From Scyliorhinus canicula (Eukaryota), in the NCBI RefSeq assembly GCF_902713615.1, contig NC_052158.1, positions 42,619,159 through 42,683,158 on the forward strand: a stretch of DNA of 64,000 nucleotides, read 5' to 3'. Positions within the stretch are counted from its first letter, which is position 1; every line of letters starts with the position of its first letter. Below, one piece after another: positions 27,279-40,221 of this stretch. The notes under the pieces were generated by a model. It saw only the letters and a program-made list of their open reading frames with translations, ran no database searches and was not told the DNA's origin. The position numbers and the translations under genes are program-made.

Positions 27279-27417
27279 NNNNNNNNNNNNNNNNNNNNNN
27301 NNNNNNNNNNNNNNNNNNNNNNNNNNNNNNNNNNNNNNNNNNNNNNNNNNNNNNNNNNNNNNNNNNNNNNNNNNNNNNNNNNNNNNNNNNNNNNNNNNNN
27401 NNNNNNNNNNNNNNNNN
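27279..27417. other. Assembly gap (139 N) inside the Harbinger element, after a G/A-rich tract
   Basis: Run of N. Confidence 0.98.
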
Positions 27418-27711
27418 CCCGGCTGCAACATGTCTGCCACCATGCCATGGCAGGACGGTCACGAGGACACGGCCGCTGGTTCCCCTGTGGCTTACGACCA
27501 CTGGCCACTGACGCACCGGTGAGGGGGACGTAGTTAACTGCCCGTTGGATGCAGAAAGTGACCAGGGGTTAGGCTGCCCGCGTGTCAGCAGCGCGACCAG
27601 GCCACCGGGACACACAGGTATCCCGTGGCAGGCGGCTGCCGAGGTGTCGACTAACCTCCGTCTAACATGTCCCGTTTCTCTGCCCCCACCACCCTTCTGT
27701 AGGTCAGCACA

Positions 27712-27870
27712 ATGTCTGCGAACAGAACGGCTATGTTCTGCGCAGTGGTTGGGGCCGCTGCACTGCATTTGGAGATGCAGCAGCATCCACACCCACAACA
27801 CGCAGTGGATGCAGGGCCAGCTGCAGCAGCAGAGGGAAGGGCCGAGGAGTTGCCAGTCGTCGAGCAGCCT

Positions 27871-27902
<32 letters not shown>

Positions 27903-29054
27903 AGTGAGGGTGCAGTCAGGGCGCCAGAGGCGACGACCGAGGCCGAGGGTGTACCGTGCCCGGATCCCTTTCCAGACAATGACGGACATCACCTGCAGGA
28001 GGAGACTGTGGCTGAGTAGGCAGACGGTGATACATATCTGTCACCTCGTGTCGCACCTCGCCCCACGTGGAATGGGAGGAGGACACGCGATCCCGGTTGC
28101 CATCAAGGTGACGGTCGCTCTTAACTTCTATGGGACTGGATCCTTCCAGTCTCCGAGCGGGGACCTCTCCGGGATCTCCCAGTCATCGGTGCACAGGTGC
28201 ATCCGGGATGTGACCGACGCCCTCTATGCCATCGCGGATCGCTACATCACCTTTCCCGAGGACCGAGAAAGTCAATATTCACGAGCTCGTGGATTTGCCA
28301 ACGTGGCCGGGATACCGATGGTGCAGGGGTCATCGATTGTGTTCACGTCCCCATGCGCCCGCCTGCAGGAGACAGGGAGGTGTTCACAAACAGGAGGGGG
28401 ACATACTCCATGAATATCCAGGTAGTATGCGACCCCCACATGAAGATCATGCACATGTGCGCAAGGTTCCCAGGGAGTGTGCATGATGCGTACATTCTGG
28501 CGCAGTCGTACATCCCTGCGATGTTTGAGGGACGTCCCCCCCGGCTGAGGGGCTGGTTGCTAGGCGACAGGGGTTATCCGCTGAGGTCTTGGCTGATGAC
28601 GCCGATACGGAGGCCTCAGACCAATGCGGAAACCCGATACAACGAGGCCCATGCAGCGACCAGGGGTGTGGTGGAGCGCTGCCTTGGCCTCCTGAAGATG
28701 AGATTCAGGTGCCTGGACCCCTCCGGAGGGGCCCTGCAGTACCAGGCCGACAGGGTCGCTCGCATTGTTGTGGTCTGCTGTGCGCTGCACAACATCGCGA
28801 TGCAGAGGGGAGATGACCTGCTGGAGGATGCGGAGGGAGAAGCCAGTGGCAGTGGTGCCAATACAGAGGAGGAGGAGGAGAAGGAGGAGGAGGAGGAGGT
28901 GGAGGAGGTTGGTGGAGTGTCGGGCGCAGCACGCAGACACGACCCAGGTGCTGGTGATGCCCAGGAGGCTGCACGACGGACCCGGCGAGGACTGCGAGCA
29001 CGCAACGCCTTGGTGGCAGCAAGATTCACGCATCGCGCGCGACGGCACCGCTGA
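27712..29054 (+). pseudogene. Harbinger (HARBI1-like) DDE transposase, about 447 aa, split by one 1-bp frameshift at about 28326-28329
   Basis: ORF 27712..28413 gives ALNFYGTGSFQ and the HTH ISQSSVHRCIRDVTDAL. ORF 28197..29054 gives IDCVHV, YSMNIQVVCD, FPGSVHD, LLGDRGYPL and VVERCLGLLKMRFRCL. The frames join if one G is added to cagggg-tcatcgat. Confidence 0.9.
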
Positions 29055-29622
29055 ACACCAACACTACCACCTGCATCGCCAGTCGTACAGACGGTCACCA
29101 CACAACTGCCACCACCACCACCCCCCCCCCCCCCCCCCCCCCACACCCCCGCTCGGTGTACACTGCTCCACTTCGAGATCACCCTTACCACTGGGTCCAG
29201 ACGGTATGGTACAACATTGATGGCTGTGTCAGCGGGTGTGATCAGTGCCATGTGGAATGATGACAGCCCGCTCTGCGATGAGCTGTGAGCACAGAATCGT
29301 TAGAGAGAGTCTGACCCATGGCAATAGCTGAACCATCCACCTCGGTGGCCGCTGAGTTCGTCAGGGACACTCCATCACGTGCCCGCGTGGGGTAGCTGTG
29401 GGAGGGGGTGGGGGGGAAAGGGAGTACACACCTGGCACCGAAGTTTCACCGCTCGTCAACCCCAGTGACACTCGGTCACCATCACGATCCCCGTGGCAAC
29501 GGAAAAATCTCACAGTCTTACAAATTAGGTGCAACAGTGAGTTTAATGGGAGTTTAATGGTGAATATTAAGTACAGATGCCCGAGCCCCGACAACTAATC
29601 TGTGCCCTTGACCCATGCCAAC

Positions 29623-30291
29623 TTACTTTGTGTCCCTCTTCATTGCCTTACGGGCCCTTCCACTACGTCTAAGTGATTCCCCAGATGGTACAGCAGGAGT
29701 GGAGGCGGACTGCTGCGAATCGCCCCCTTCGACATGTCTCCCCGTCGGCACTCGTTTCCTGGGGCGACCCAGCCTTGATGGGCCAGGCTGCTCTGTGGGC
29801 GTCTCGGATGATGTGGTGCCACCCTGCTCTGCCCGCTGCCCACCCGATGCACCAGGGATGGGACGCGGGGAGGCCGAGCGTTCCAGGACGTCCCGTGATG
29901 GAGTTAATGGGACGGGCCCCGAAACCTCCTCCTCCCTCAGGGAGCCCGGTGGCCCCCGGGCCTCACTGTTGGACGGAGGTGCGAGCGGGGAGGTGCCCCG
30001 TCACCCCACCGACACCTGGCGCTGCCAGTCCTGGAGGCCTGCAACCGTATCGACCAGGGTCCGAAGGTTCGCAGTGATGGAGTCCAGGGGGTGAGACATT
30101 CCCGCCAGGGACTGTGCGACCTCAACCTGTGAGTGCACGACGCCATCCAGCACGTGTGTCAGGCGGTCGATGCTCTCCACGACTGACTGCTGGGACTGGG
30201 CCATGGCCTGGTGAGACTTGGCCATGGTCTGCTGAGACTGGGCCATGACCTGGTGAGACTCGGCCAAGGCCCGCAGCACGCCGGCAATGTC
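29623..30291 (-). pseudogene. C-terminal remnant of Harbinger ORF2 (Myb/SANT partner); N-terminus deleted, one in-frame TGA
   Basis: Convergent to the transposase. Reads DIAGVLRALAESHQVMAQSQQ..QVSVG*RGTSP..LGRPRKR..RRSGRARKAMKRDTK*. The Myb domain itself is not present, so the assignment rests on position and on the two-gene organisation of Harbinger elements. Confidence 0.65.
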
Positions 30292-30412
30292 GTGACTCCC
30301 GCGGCCCCGCTCCTAGCCCATTTCCGGGGCGTGAATAGGTCGTGAGCGGGGCCATATCGGCCATTTTCACGACGGCCTTCGCGATTTACCGCGGGAGCAG
30401 AGAATCGCGCCC

Positions 30413-31622
30413 TGGGTGTTGGACTGGACGAAGACAGTTCTGGTTCCCAGGCTGGGTGTTGGACTGGACTAAATCAGACAGCTCTGGATCCGAGGCTCGA
30501 TGTTGGACTGGACTAAATCAGATGGTTCTGCATCCTATGCTGGGAGTTGGAAAGGACTAAATATGACAGTTCTGGATTCCAGACTGGGTGTTGGACTGTC
30601 AACAGATTGTTGGATCTCAGCCTGAGTGTTGGACTGGATTAAGTCAGATGATTCTGGAGCCAAGGCTGGGTATTGGATTGGACTCAATCAGACAGTGCAA
30701 GATCCCATTATGGCTGTTCAGCTGGTCTAAACCAGATGGTTGTCAATCCCAATCTCTGTTTTGGACTGGCCTAAATCAGGTGGTTCTGGATCCCAGGTTG
30801 GATATTGGACTGAACTAAGTCAGATGGTTCTGGATTCCAGGCTGGGTTTTGGACTGGACTATATCAGACAGTTCTGTATTCCAAGCAGGCTTTTAGACTG
30901 GACTAAATCAGGTGGTTCTAGATCCCAGGCTGACTGTTGAAGTGGATGAAATCAGATGGTTCTGAATTCCACTTTGGATTGTGGACATGCTAAAACAGAC
31001 AGTTCTGGATGCTGGGCTGACTGGACTAAATCACACAGTTCTCGACCCCAGGCTGGGTGTTGGACTGGACTGGATCAGCCAGTACTGACTCCCAAGCTAG
31101 CTGTTCCACTGGGCTAAATCAGACTGTTACCGAACACAGGCTTGTAGTTGGACTAGACTGAATCCGATGATTCTGAATCCCAGGCTGGACGTTCGACTGG
31201 ACTAAATCAAATGATTCTGGATCCATAGCTCGGATACCAATTGGGCTAAATCAGACCATTCTGGGTTCATAGGCTGGCTGTTGCACTGGACAAAATCAGA
31301 TGGTTCTGGATCTCAGGCTGGATTTTGGACTGGCCTTTATCAGACAGTTCTAGATCTGAGATTGGATGTTGGACAGGACTAGATCAGATGGTTTTGGATC
31401 CCAGGCTGGGTGATGGACCGGGCATAATCAAATGGTTCTGAATCCGAGAGAGGACTTTTAAAAAGATGTTCTGGATTCCTTGCCGACAGTTGGATTGGAC
31501 TAAATATGAGAATTTTAGATCCAAGGGTGGATGTTGGACTTGGCTAAACCAAACGGTTCTGGATCACAGGCTGGGTGTTGGGCTTGATTAAGTCAGATGA
31601 TTCTGGAGCCAAGGCTGGGTAT
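30413..31622 (+). repeat. Degenerate 44-bp satellite monomers
   Basis: Same consensus as 19103-26828. Confidence 0.9.
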
Positions 31623-34600
31623 TGGACTGGACTAAATCAGACAGTACTGGATACCAGGCAGCTTGTTGGACTGGACTATATCAGACAGTACTGGATACCA
31701 GGCAGCGTGTTGGACTGGACTAAATCAGACAGTACTGGATACCAGGCAGCTTGTTGGACTGGACTAAATCAGACAGTACTGGATACCAGGCAGCTTGTTG
31801 GACTGGACTAAATCAGACAGTACTGGATACCAGGCAGCGTGTTGGACTGGACTAAATCAGATAGTACTGGATACCAGGCAGCTTGTTGGACTGGACTAAA
31901 TCAGACAGTACTGGATACCAGGCAGCGTGTTGGACTGGACTAAATCAGACAGTACTGGATACCAGGCAGCGTGTTGGACTGGACTAAATCAGACAGTACT
32001 GGATACCAGGCAGCTTGTTGGACTGGACTAAATCAGACAGTACTGGATACCAGGCAGCGTGTTGGACTGGACTAAATCAGACAGTACTGGATACCAGGCA
32101 GCTTGTTGGACTGGACTATATCAGACAGTACTGGATACCAGGCAGCGTGTTGGACTGGACTAAATCAGGCAGTACTGGATACCAGGCAGCGTGTTGAACT
32201 GGACTAAATCAGTCAGTACTGGATACCAGGCAGCGTGTTGGACTGGACTAAATCAGACAGTACTGGATACCAGGCAGCGTGTTGGACTGGACTAAATCAG
32301 ACAGTACTGGATACCAGGCAGCGTGATGGACTGGACTAAATCAGACAGTACTGGATACCAGGCAGTGTGTTGGACTGGACTAAATCAGACAGTACTGGAT
32401 ACCAGGCAGCGTGTTGGACTGGACTAAATCAGACAGTACTGGATACCAGGAAGCGTGTTGGACTGGACTAAATCAGACAGTACTGGATACCAGGCAGCGT
32501 GATGGACTGGACTAAATCAGACAGTACTGGATACCAGGCAGTGTGTTGGACTGGACTAAATCAGACAGTACTGGATACCAGGCAGCTTGTTGGACTGGAC
32601 TAAATCAGACAGTACTGGATACCAGGCAGCTTGTTGGACTGGACTAAATCAGACAGTACTGGATACCAGGCAGCGTGTTGGACTGGACTAAATCAGACAG
32701 TACTGGATACCAGGCAGCTTGTTGGACTGGACTAAATCAGACAGCTACTGGATACCAGGCAGCGTGTTGGACTGGAGTAAATCAGACAGTACTGGATAGC
32801 AGGCAGCGTGTTGGACTGGACTAAATCAGACAGTACTGGATACCAGGCAGCTTGTTGGACTGGACTAAATCAGACAGTACTGGATACCAGGCAGCTTGTT
32901 GGACTGGACTAAATCAGACAGTACTGGATACCAGGCAGCGTGTTGGACTGGACTAAATCAGACAGTACTGGATACCAGGCAGCTTGTTGGACTGGACTAA
33001 ATCAGACAGTACTGGATACCAGGCAGCTTGTTGGACTGGACTAAATCAGACAGTACTGGATACCAGGCAGCTTGTTGGACTGGACTAAATCAGACAGTAC
33101 TGGATACCAGGCAGCGTGTTGGACTGGAGTAAATCAGACAGTACTGGATACCAGGCAGCGTGTTGGACTGGACTAAATCAGACAGTACTGGATACCAGGC
33201 AGCTTGTTGGACTGGACTAAATCAGACAGTACTGGATACCAGGCAGCTTGTTGGACTGGACTAAATCAGACAGTACTGGATACCAGGCAGCGTGTTGGAC
33301 TGGAGTAAATCAGACAGTACTGGATACCAGGCAGCTTGTTGGACTGGACTAAATCAGACAGTACTGGATACCAGGCAGCGTGTTGGACTGGACTAAATCA
33401 GACAGTACTGGATACCAGGCAGCGTGTTGGACTGGACTAAATCAGACAGTACTGGATACCAGGCAGCTTGTTGGACTGGACTAAATCAGACAGTACTGGA
33501 TACCAGGCAGGGTGTTGGACTGGACTAAATCAGACAGTACTGGATACCAGGCAGCGTGTTGGACTGGACTAAATCAGACAGTACTGGATACCAGGCAGCT
33601 TGTTGGACTGGACTAAATCAGACAGTACTGGATACCAGGCAGCTTGTTGGACTGGACTAAATCAGACAGTAGTGGATACCAGGCAGCGTGTTGGACTGGA
33701 CTAAATCAGACAGTACTGGATACCAGGCAGCTTGTTGGACTGGACTAAATCAGACAGTACTGGATACCAGGCAGCTTGTTGGACTGGACTAAATCAGATA
33801 GTACTGGATACCAGGCAGCTTGTTGGACTGGACTAAATCAGACAGTACTGGATACCAGGCAGCTTGTTGGACTGGACTAATCAGACAGTACTGGATACCA
33901 GGCAGCTTGTTGGACTGGACTAAATCAGACAGTACTGGATACCAGGCAGGGTGTTGGACTGGACTAAATCAGACAGTACTGGATACCAGGCAGCGTGTTG
34001 GACTGGACTAAATCAGACAGTACTGGATACCAGGCAGCTTGTTGGACTGGACTAAATCAGACAGTACTGGATACCAGGCAGCTTGTTGGACTGGACTAAA
34101 TCAGACAGTACTGGATACCAGGCAGCTTGTTGTACTGGACTAAATCAGACAGTACTGGATACCAGGCAGCAGTCTTGGACTGGACTAAATCAGACAGTAC
34201 TGGATACCAGGCAGCGTGTTGGACTGGAGTAAATCAGACAGTACTGGATACCAGGCAGCTTGTTGGACTGGACTAAATCAGACAGTACTGGATACCAGGC
34301 AGCGTGTTGGACTGGACTAAATCAGATAGTACTGGATACCAGGCAGCGTGTTGGACTGGACTAAATCAGACAGTACTGGATACCAGGCAGCGTGTTGGAC
34401 TGGACTAAATCAGACAGTACTGGATACCAGGCAGCGTGTTGGACTGGACTAAATCAGACAGTACTGGATACCAGGCAGCGTGCTGAACTGGACTAAATCA
34501 GTCAGTACTGGATACCAGGCAGCGTGTTGGACTGGACTAAATCAGACAGTACTGGATACCAGGCAGCTTGTTGGACTGGACTGAATCAGACAGTACTGGA

Positions 34601-37600
34601 TACCAGGCAGCGTGATGGACTGGACTAAATCAGACAGTACTGGATACCGGTCAGCTTGTTGGACTGGACTAAATCAGACAGTACTGGATACCAGGCAGCT
34701 TGTTGGACTGGACTAAATCAGACAGTAGTGGATACCAGGCAACGTGTTGGACTGTACTAAATCAGACAGTACTGGATACCAGGCAGCTTGTTGGACTGGA
34801 CTAAATCAGACAGTACTGGATACCAGGCAGCTTGTTGGACTGGAGTAAATCAGATCGTACTGGATACCAGGCAGCTTGTTGGACTGGACTAAATCAGACA
34901 GTACTGGATACCAGGCAGTTTGTTGGACTGGACTATATCAGACAGTACTGGATACCAGGCAGCTTGTTGGACTGGACTAAATCAGACAGTACTGGATACC
35001 AGGCACCTTGTTGGACTGGACTAAATCAGACAGTACTGGATACCAGGCAGGGTGTTGGACTGGACTAAATCAGACAGTACTGGATACCAGGTAGCGTGTT
35101 GGACTGGACTAAATCAGACAGTACTGGATACCAGGCAGCTTGTTGGACTGGACTAAATCAGACAGTACTGGATACCAGGCAGCTTGTTGGACTGGACTAA
35201 ATCAGACAGTACTGGATACCAGGCAGCGTGTTGGACTGGAGTAAATCAGACAGTACTGGATACCAGGCAGCGTGTTGGACTGGACTAAATCAGACAGTAC
35301 TGGATACCAGGCAGCTTGTTGGACTGGACTAAATCAGACAGTACTGGATACCAGGCAGCGTGTTGGACTGGACTAAATCAGACAGTACTGGATACCAGGC
35401 AGCTTGTTGGACTGGACTAAATCAGACAGTACTGGATACCAGGCAGCTTGTTGGACTGGACTAAATCAGACAGTACTGGATACCAGGCAGCCTTGTTGGA
35501 CTGGAGTAAATCAGACAGTACTGGATACCAGGCAGCGTGTTGGACTGGACTAAATCAGATAGTACTGGATACATAGAACATAGAACAGTACAGCACAGAA
35601 CAGGCCCTTCGGCCCTCGATGTTGTGCCGAGCAATGATCACCCTACTTAAACCCACGTAACCCGTATGCCCGTAACCCAACAATCCCCCCATTAACCTTA
35701 CACTACTGGCAATTTAACATGGCCAATCCACCTAACCCGCACATCTTTGGACTGTGGGAGGAAACCGGAGCACCCGGAGGAAACCCACGCACACACGGGG
35801 AGGACGTGCAGACTCCACACAGACAGTGACCCAGCCGGGAATCGAACCTGGGACCCTGGAGCTGTGAAGCATTGATGCTAACCACCATGCTACCGTGAGG
35901 CCCTCACGGCAGCACGTTGGACTGGAGTAAATCAGACAGTACTGGATACAGGCAGCTTGTTGGACTGGACTAAATCAGACAGTACTGGATACCAGGCAGC
36001 GTGTGGACTGGACTAAATCAGACAGTACTGGATACAGGCACCTTGTTGGACTGGACTAAATCAGACAGTACTGGATACCAGGCAGCGTGTTGGACTGGAC
36101 TAAATCAGACAGTACTGGATACCAGGCAGCGTGTTGGACTGGAGTAAATCAGACAGTACTGGATACCAGGCAGCGTGTTGGACTGGACTAAATCAGACAG
36201 TACTGGATACCAGGCAGCGTGTTGGACTGGACTAAATCAGACAGTACTGGATACCAGGCAGCGTGTTGGACTGGACTAAATCAGACAGTACTGGATACCA
36301 GGCAGCTTGTTGGACTGGACTAAATCAGACAGTACTGGATACCAGGCAGCCTGTTGGACTGGACTAAATCAGACAGTACTGGATACCAGGCAGCGTGTTG
36401 GACTGGACTAAATCAGACAGTACTGGATACCAGGCAGCCTGTTGGACTGGACTAAATCAGACAGTACTGGATACCAGGCAGCGTGTTGGACTGGACTAAA
36501 TCAGACAGTACTGGATACCAGGCAGCGTGTTGGACTGGACTAAATCAGACAGTACTGGATACCAGGCAGCTTGTTGGACTGGACTAAATCAGACAGTACT
36601 GGATACCAGGCAGCGTGTTGGACTGGACTAAATCAGACAGTACTGGATACCAGGCAGCGTGTTGGACTGGACTAAATCAGACAGTACTGGATACCAGGCA
36701 GGGTGTTGGACTGGACTAAATCAGACAGTACTGGATACCAGGCAGCGTGTTGGTCTGGACTGAATCAGATAGTACTGGATACCAGGCAGCGTGTTGGACT
36801 GGACTAAATCAGATAGTACTGGATACCAGGCAGCGTGTTGGACTGGACTGAATCAGACAGTACTGGATACCAGGCAGCGTGTTGGACTGGACTAAATCAG
36901 ACAGTACTGGATACCAGGCAGCGTGTTGGACTGGACTAAATCAGACAGTACTGGATAGCAGGCAGCGTGTTGGACTGGAGTAAATCAGACAGTACTGGAT
37001 ACCAGGCAGCGTGTTGGACTGGACTAAATCAGACAGTACTGGATACCAGGCAGCGTGTTGGACTGGACTAAATCAGACAGTACTGGATACCAGGCAGCGT
37101 GTTGGACTGGACTAAATCAGACAGTATTGGATACCAGGCAGCTTGTTGGACTGGACTAAATCAGACAGTACTGGATACCAGGCAGCGTGTTGGACTGGAC
37201 TAAATCAGACAGTACTGGATACCAGGCAGCTTGTTGGACTGGACGAAATCAGACAGTACTGGATACCAGGCAGCGTGTTGGACTGGAGTAAATCAGACAG
37301 TACTGGATACTAGGCAGCGTGTTGGACTGGACTAAATCAGACAGTACTGGATACCAGGCAGCTTGTTGGACTGGACTAAATCAGACAGTACTGGATACCA
37401 GGCAGCGTGTTGGACTGGAGTAAATCAGACAGTACTGGATACTAGGCAGCGTGTTGGACTGGACTAAATCAGACAGTACTGGATACCAGGCAGGGTGTTG
37501 GACTGGACTAAATCAGACAGTACTGGATACCAGGCAGCGTGTTGGACTGGACTAAATCAGACAGTACTGGATACCAGGCAGCGTGTTGGACTGGAGTAAA

Positions 37601-37708
37601 TCAGACAGTACTGGATACCAGGCAGCTTGTTGGACTGGAGTAAATCAGACAGTACTGGATACCAGGCAGCTTGTTGGACTGGAGTAAATCAGACAGTACT
37701 GGATACCA
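31623..37708 (+). repeat. 44-bp satellite variant A, array A2 (about 130 copies, more point variants than A1), interrupted by a SINE
   Basis: Same monomer as A1 with scattered variants (ggagtaaatc, gcagggtgtt, gcgtgatgga). Confidence 0.97.
35573..35903 (-). mobile_element. HE1/V-SINE-type tRNA-derived SINE
   Basis: Minus strand: tRNA-like head with B box ggttcgattcc, V-domain cactgtctgtgtggagtctgcacgtcctccccgtgtgtgcgtgggtttcc, CR1-like 3' tail tgttctatgttctatg. Confidence 0.93.
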
Positions 37709-40221
37709 GTGCAAAATCCCATTACGGCTGTTCAACTGGACTAAATCAGGTGGTTGTGGATCCCAATCTGTGTTTTGGACTGCACTAAATCAAATGGTTC
37801 TGGATCTCATGTTGGGTGTTGGACTGGACTAAATCAGATGAATCTGGACCCCTGGCTGGGAGTTCGACTGGACTAAAGCGGGTGGTTCTGGATCCGAGGC
37901 TCGGTGTTGGACTGGACTAAATCAGGTGGTTCTGGAAATTACACTGTGTGCTAATTGGACTATATCAGACGGTTATTGATGCATGGTTAGTTGTTGGACT
38001 GGGCCATCTCAGACAGTTCTGGATCTCAGGCTGGCTGTTGGACTGGACCAAATCATACGGTTCTGGATCCCATTCCTGGTGGTAGACTTGACAAAATCAG
38101 GTGTTCTGCATTCCAGGCTGCCTGTTGGCAGGAGTAAATAAGACAGTCCTGGATCCGAGGCTGGGTGTTGGACTGGACTAAAACAGGCGGTTATGGATCC
38201 CAGGCATGGAGTGGGACTGGACTAAATCAGATGCTTCTGGAACTGAGGGTGGGATTTGGACTGCAATAAATCAGACAGCTCTGTATCCCAGGCAGGGAGT
38301 TGGAGAGGACTATAAAAGACGGTTGCTGATCCCATTCTGGGAGTTGGACCGGACTAAATATGACAGTTCTGCATCCCAGGCTGGGTGTTGGACCTATCTA
38401 AATCAAACAGTTTTGGATGCCAGGCTAGGTGTTAGACTGTACTAAGTGAGATGGTTCCGGATCTCAGACTGGGTGTTAGACTGTACTAAGTCAGATGATT
38501 CTGAATGCAAGACTGGGTGTTGGACTGGACTGAATCAGACAGTAATGGATCCCAATCTGGCTGTCCAACTGGACTGAATCAGATTGTTATGGTTCCCTGT
38601 CTGGCTTTGTACTGGACTAAATCTGATGGTTCTGGATATTAGGTTGGGTGTTGGACTGGATTAAATAAGATGTATCTGGATCAAGGCCGACATTTGGACT
38701 GGAGTAAATCAGAGGCTTCTGGATCCAGGCTGGGTGTTGGGCTGGATTAAATCAGACAGTTCTGGGTCTGAGGCTGGTTGTTGGAAAGGACTAAATCAAA
38801 CGGTTCTGGGTCCCAGGCTGGGGCTTGGAGAGAACTAAATAAGACGATTCTGGATCCCATGCTGAGTGTTGAACTAGACTAAATGAGACAGTCCTGGATC
38901 TATGGCTGGATGCTAGGCTTGACTAAATCAAACGGTTCTGGATCCCCGGCAGGGTGTTGGGCTTGACTAAATCAAACGATTTTGGATCTTGGCTGACTGT
39001 TGGACTGGACTAAATCAGACAGCTGTGGATCAAGGCCGGCATTTGGACTGGAGTAAATCAGGCGGTTCTGGATTCAGGCTGGCTGTTCGGCTGGACCATA
39101 TCAGAGGGTTCTGGGTCTGAGGCTGGCTGTTGGATTGGACTAAATCAGGAATTTCTGGATCCCAGTTTGGGAGTTGGGCTGGACTAAATCAGACAGTTCT
39201 TGGTCTGAAGCTGAGTGTTAGACAGGACTAAATCAGACAGTTCTGGGTCCCAGGCTGGGTGTTAGACAGGACTAAATCAGACAGTTCTGGGTCTGAAGCT
39301 GGGTGTTAGACAGGACTAAATCAGACAGTTCTGGGTCCCAGGTTGGGAGTGGACTGGACTAAATCAGACAGTTCTGGGTCCCAGGTTGGGAGTGGACTGG
39401 ACTAAATCAGACAGTTCTGGATCCCAGGTTGGGAGTGGACTGGACTAAATCAAACAGTTCTGGGTCCCAGGTTGGGAGTGGACTGGACTAAATCAGACGA
39501 TTCTGGATGTTAGGCTGGCTGTTGGATTGGACTAAATTCAGATGGTTTGGATCCTCGGCTGAGTGGTGAACTGGACTCGATCAGGTCGGTGTGGATCCCA
39601 GGTAAGGAGCGGTCTGGACTAAATCAGACTGTTATGGATACCAGGCTGGGAATTGGACTGGAATAAATCAGACAGTTCTAATCCCGGGCAGGGAGTGGGT
39701 CTCGACTAAATCAGACAGTTCTGGATCTCAGTCTGGCTGTTCAACTGGACAAAATCAATTCTTGATCCCAATATGTGTTGGATTGGATTAAAATAATTGA
39801 TTCTGGATCCCTGGCTGGGAGTTCATCCGGACTAAATCAGATGGTTCTGGTCCGCAGGCTGGGAGTTGGACTGGACTAAATCTTATGGTTCTAGATATTA
39901 GGTTGGGTGTTTGACTGGACTAAATCAGACAGATCTGAATCCCAGTCTCGCTGTTGGATTAGACAAGTCAGGTGGTTCTGGATATTATGCTGTGTGTTGG
40001 AGTGAACTATGGCAGATGATTCTGGACCCATGATTAAGTGTTGGATTGGGCCATAACAGACAGTTCTGATCCCAGACTATCTGTTGCACTGGTCTAAATC
40101 AGACAGTTCTAGATAGCAGGCTAGAAGTTGGACTGTACTAAATCTAATGGTTCTGGATACCAGTCTCTCTGTTGGACTAGACTAATCAGCTGGTTCTGGA
40201 CATTACTCTGTGTATTAGAGA
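37709..40221 (+). repeat. Degenerate 44-bp satellite monomers with local duplications
   Basis: Same consensus. Duplicated multi-monomer blocks at about 38670 and 39010, and a short fresh expansion at about 39180-39500. Confidence 0.9.

Larger units (their letters stand above)
26829..30412 (+). mobile_element. PIF/Harbinger DNA transposon (transposase plus truncated ORF2), 13-bp TIRs, TGG TSD
   Basis: 5' TIR GGACATGATTCTC versus 3' TIR reverse complement GGGCGCGATTCTC (10/13; two of the three differences are CpG decay). TGG at 26826-26828 and 30413-30415. Removing the element restores a satellite monomer (gagac-tgg-gtgttggactgga). Confidence 0.9.

Noticed and set aside
27712-29054. Domesticated host gene HARBI1
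   Set aside because: It is flanked by TIRs and a TSD, has a convergent ORF2 remnant and is inserted in satellite. It is a transposon copy.
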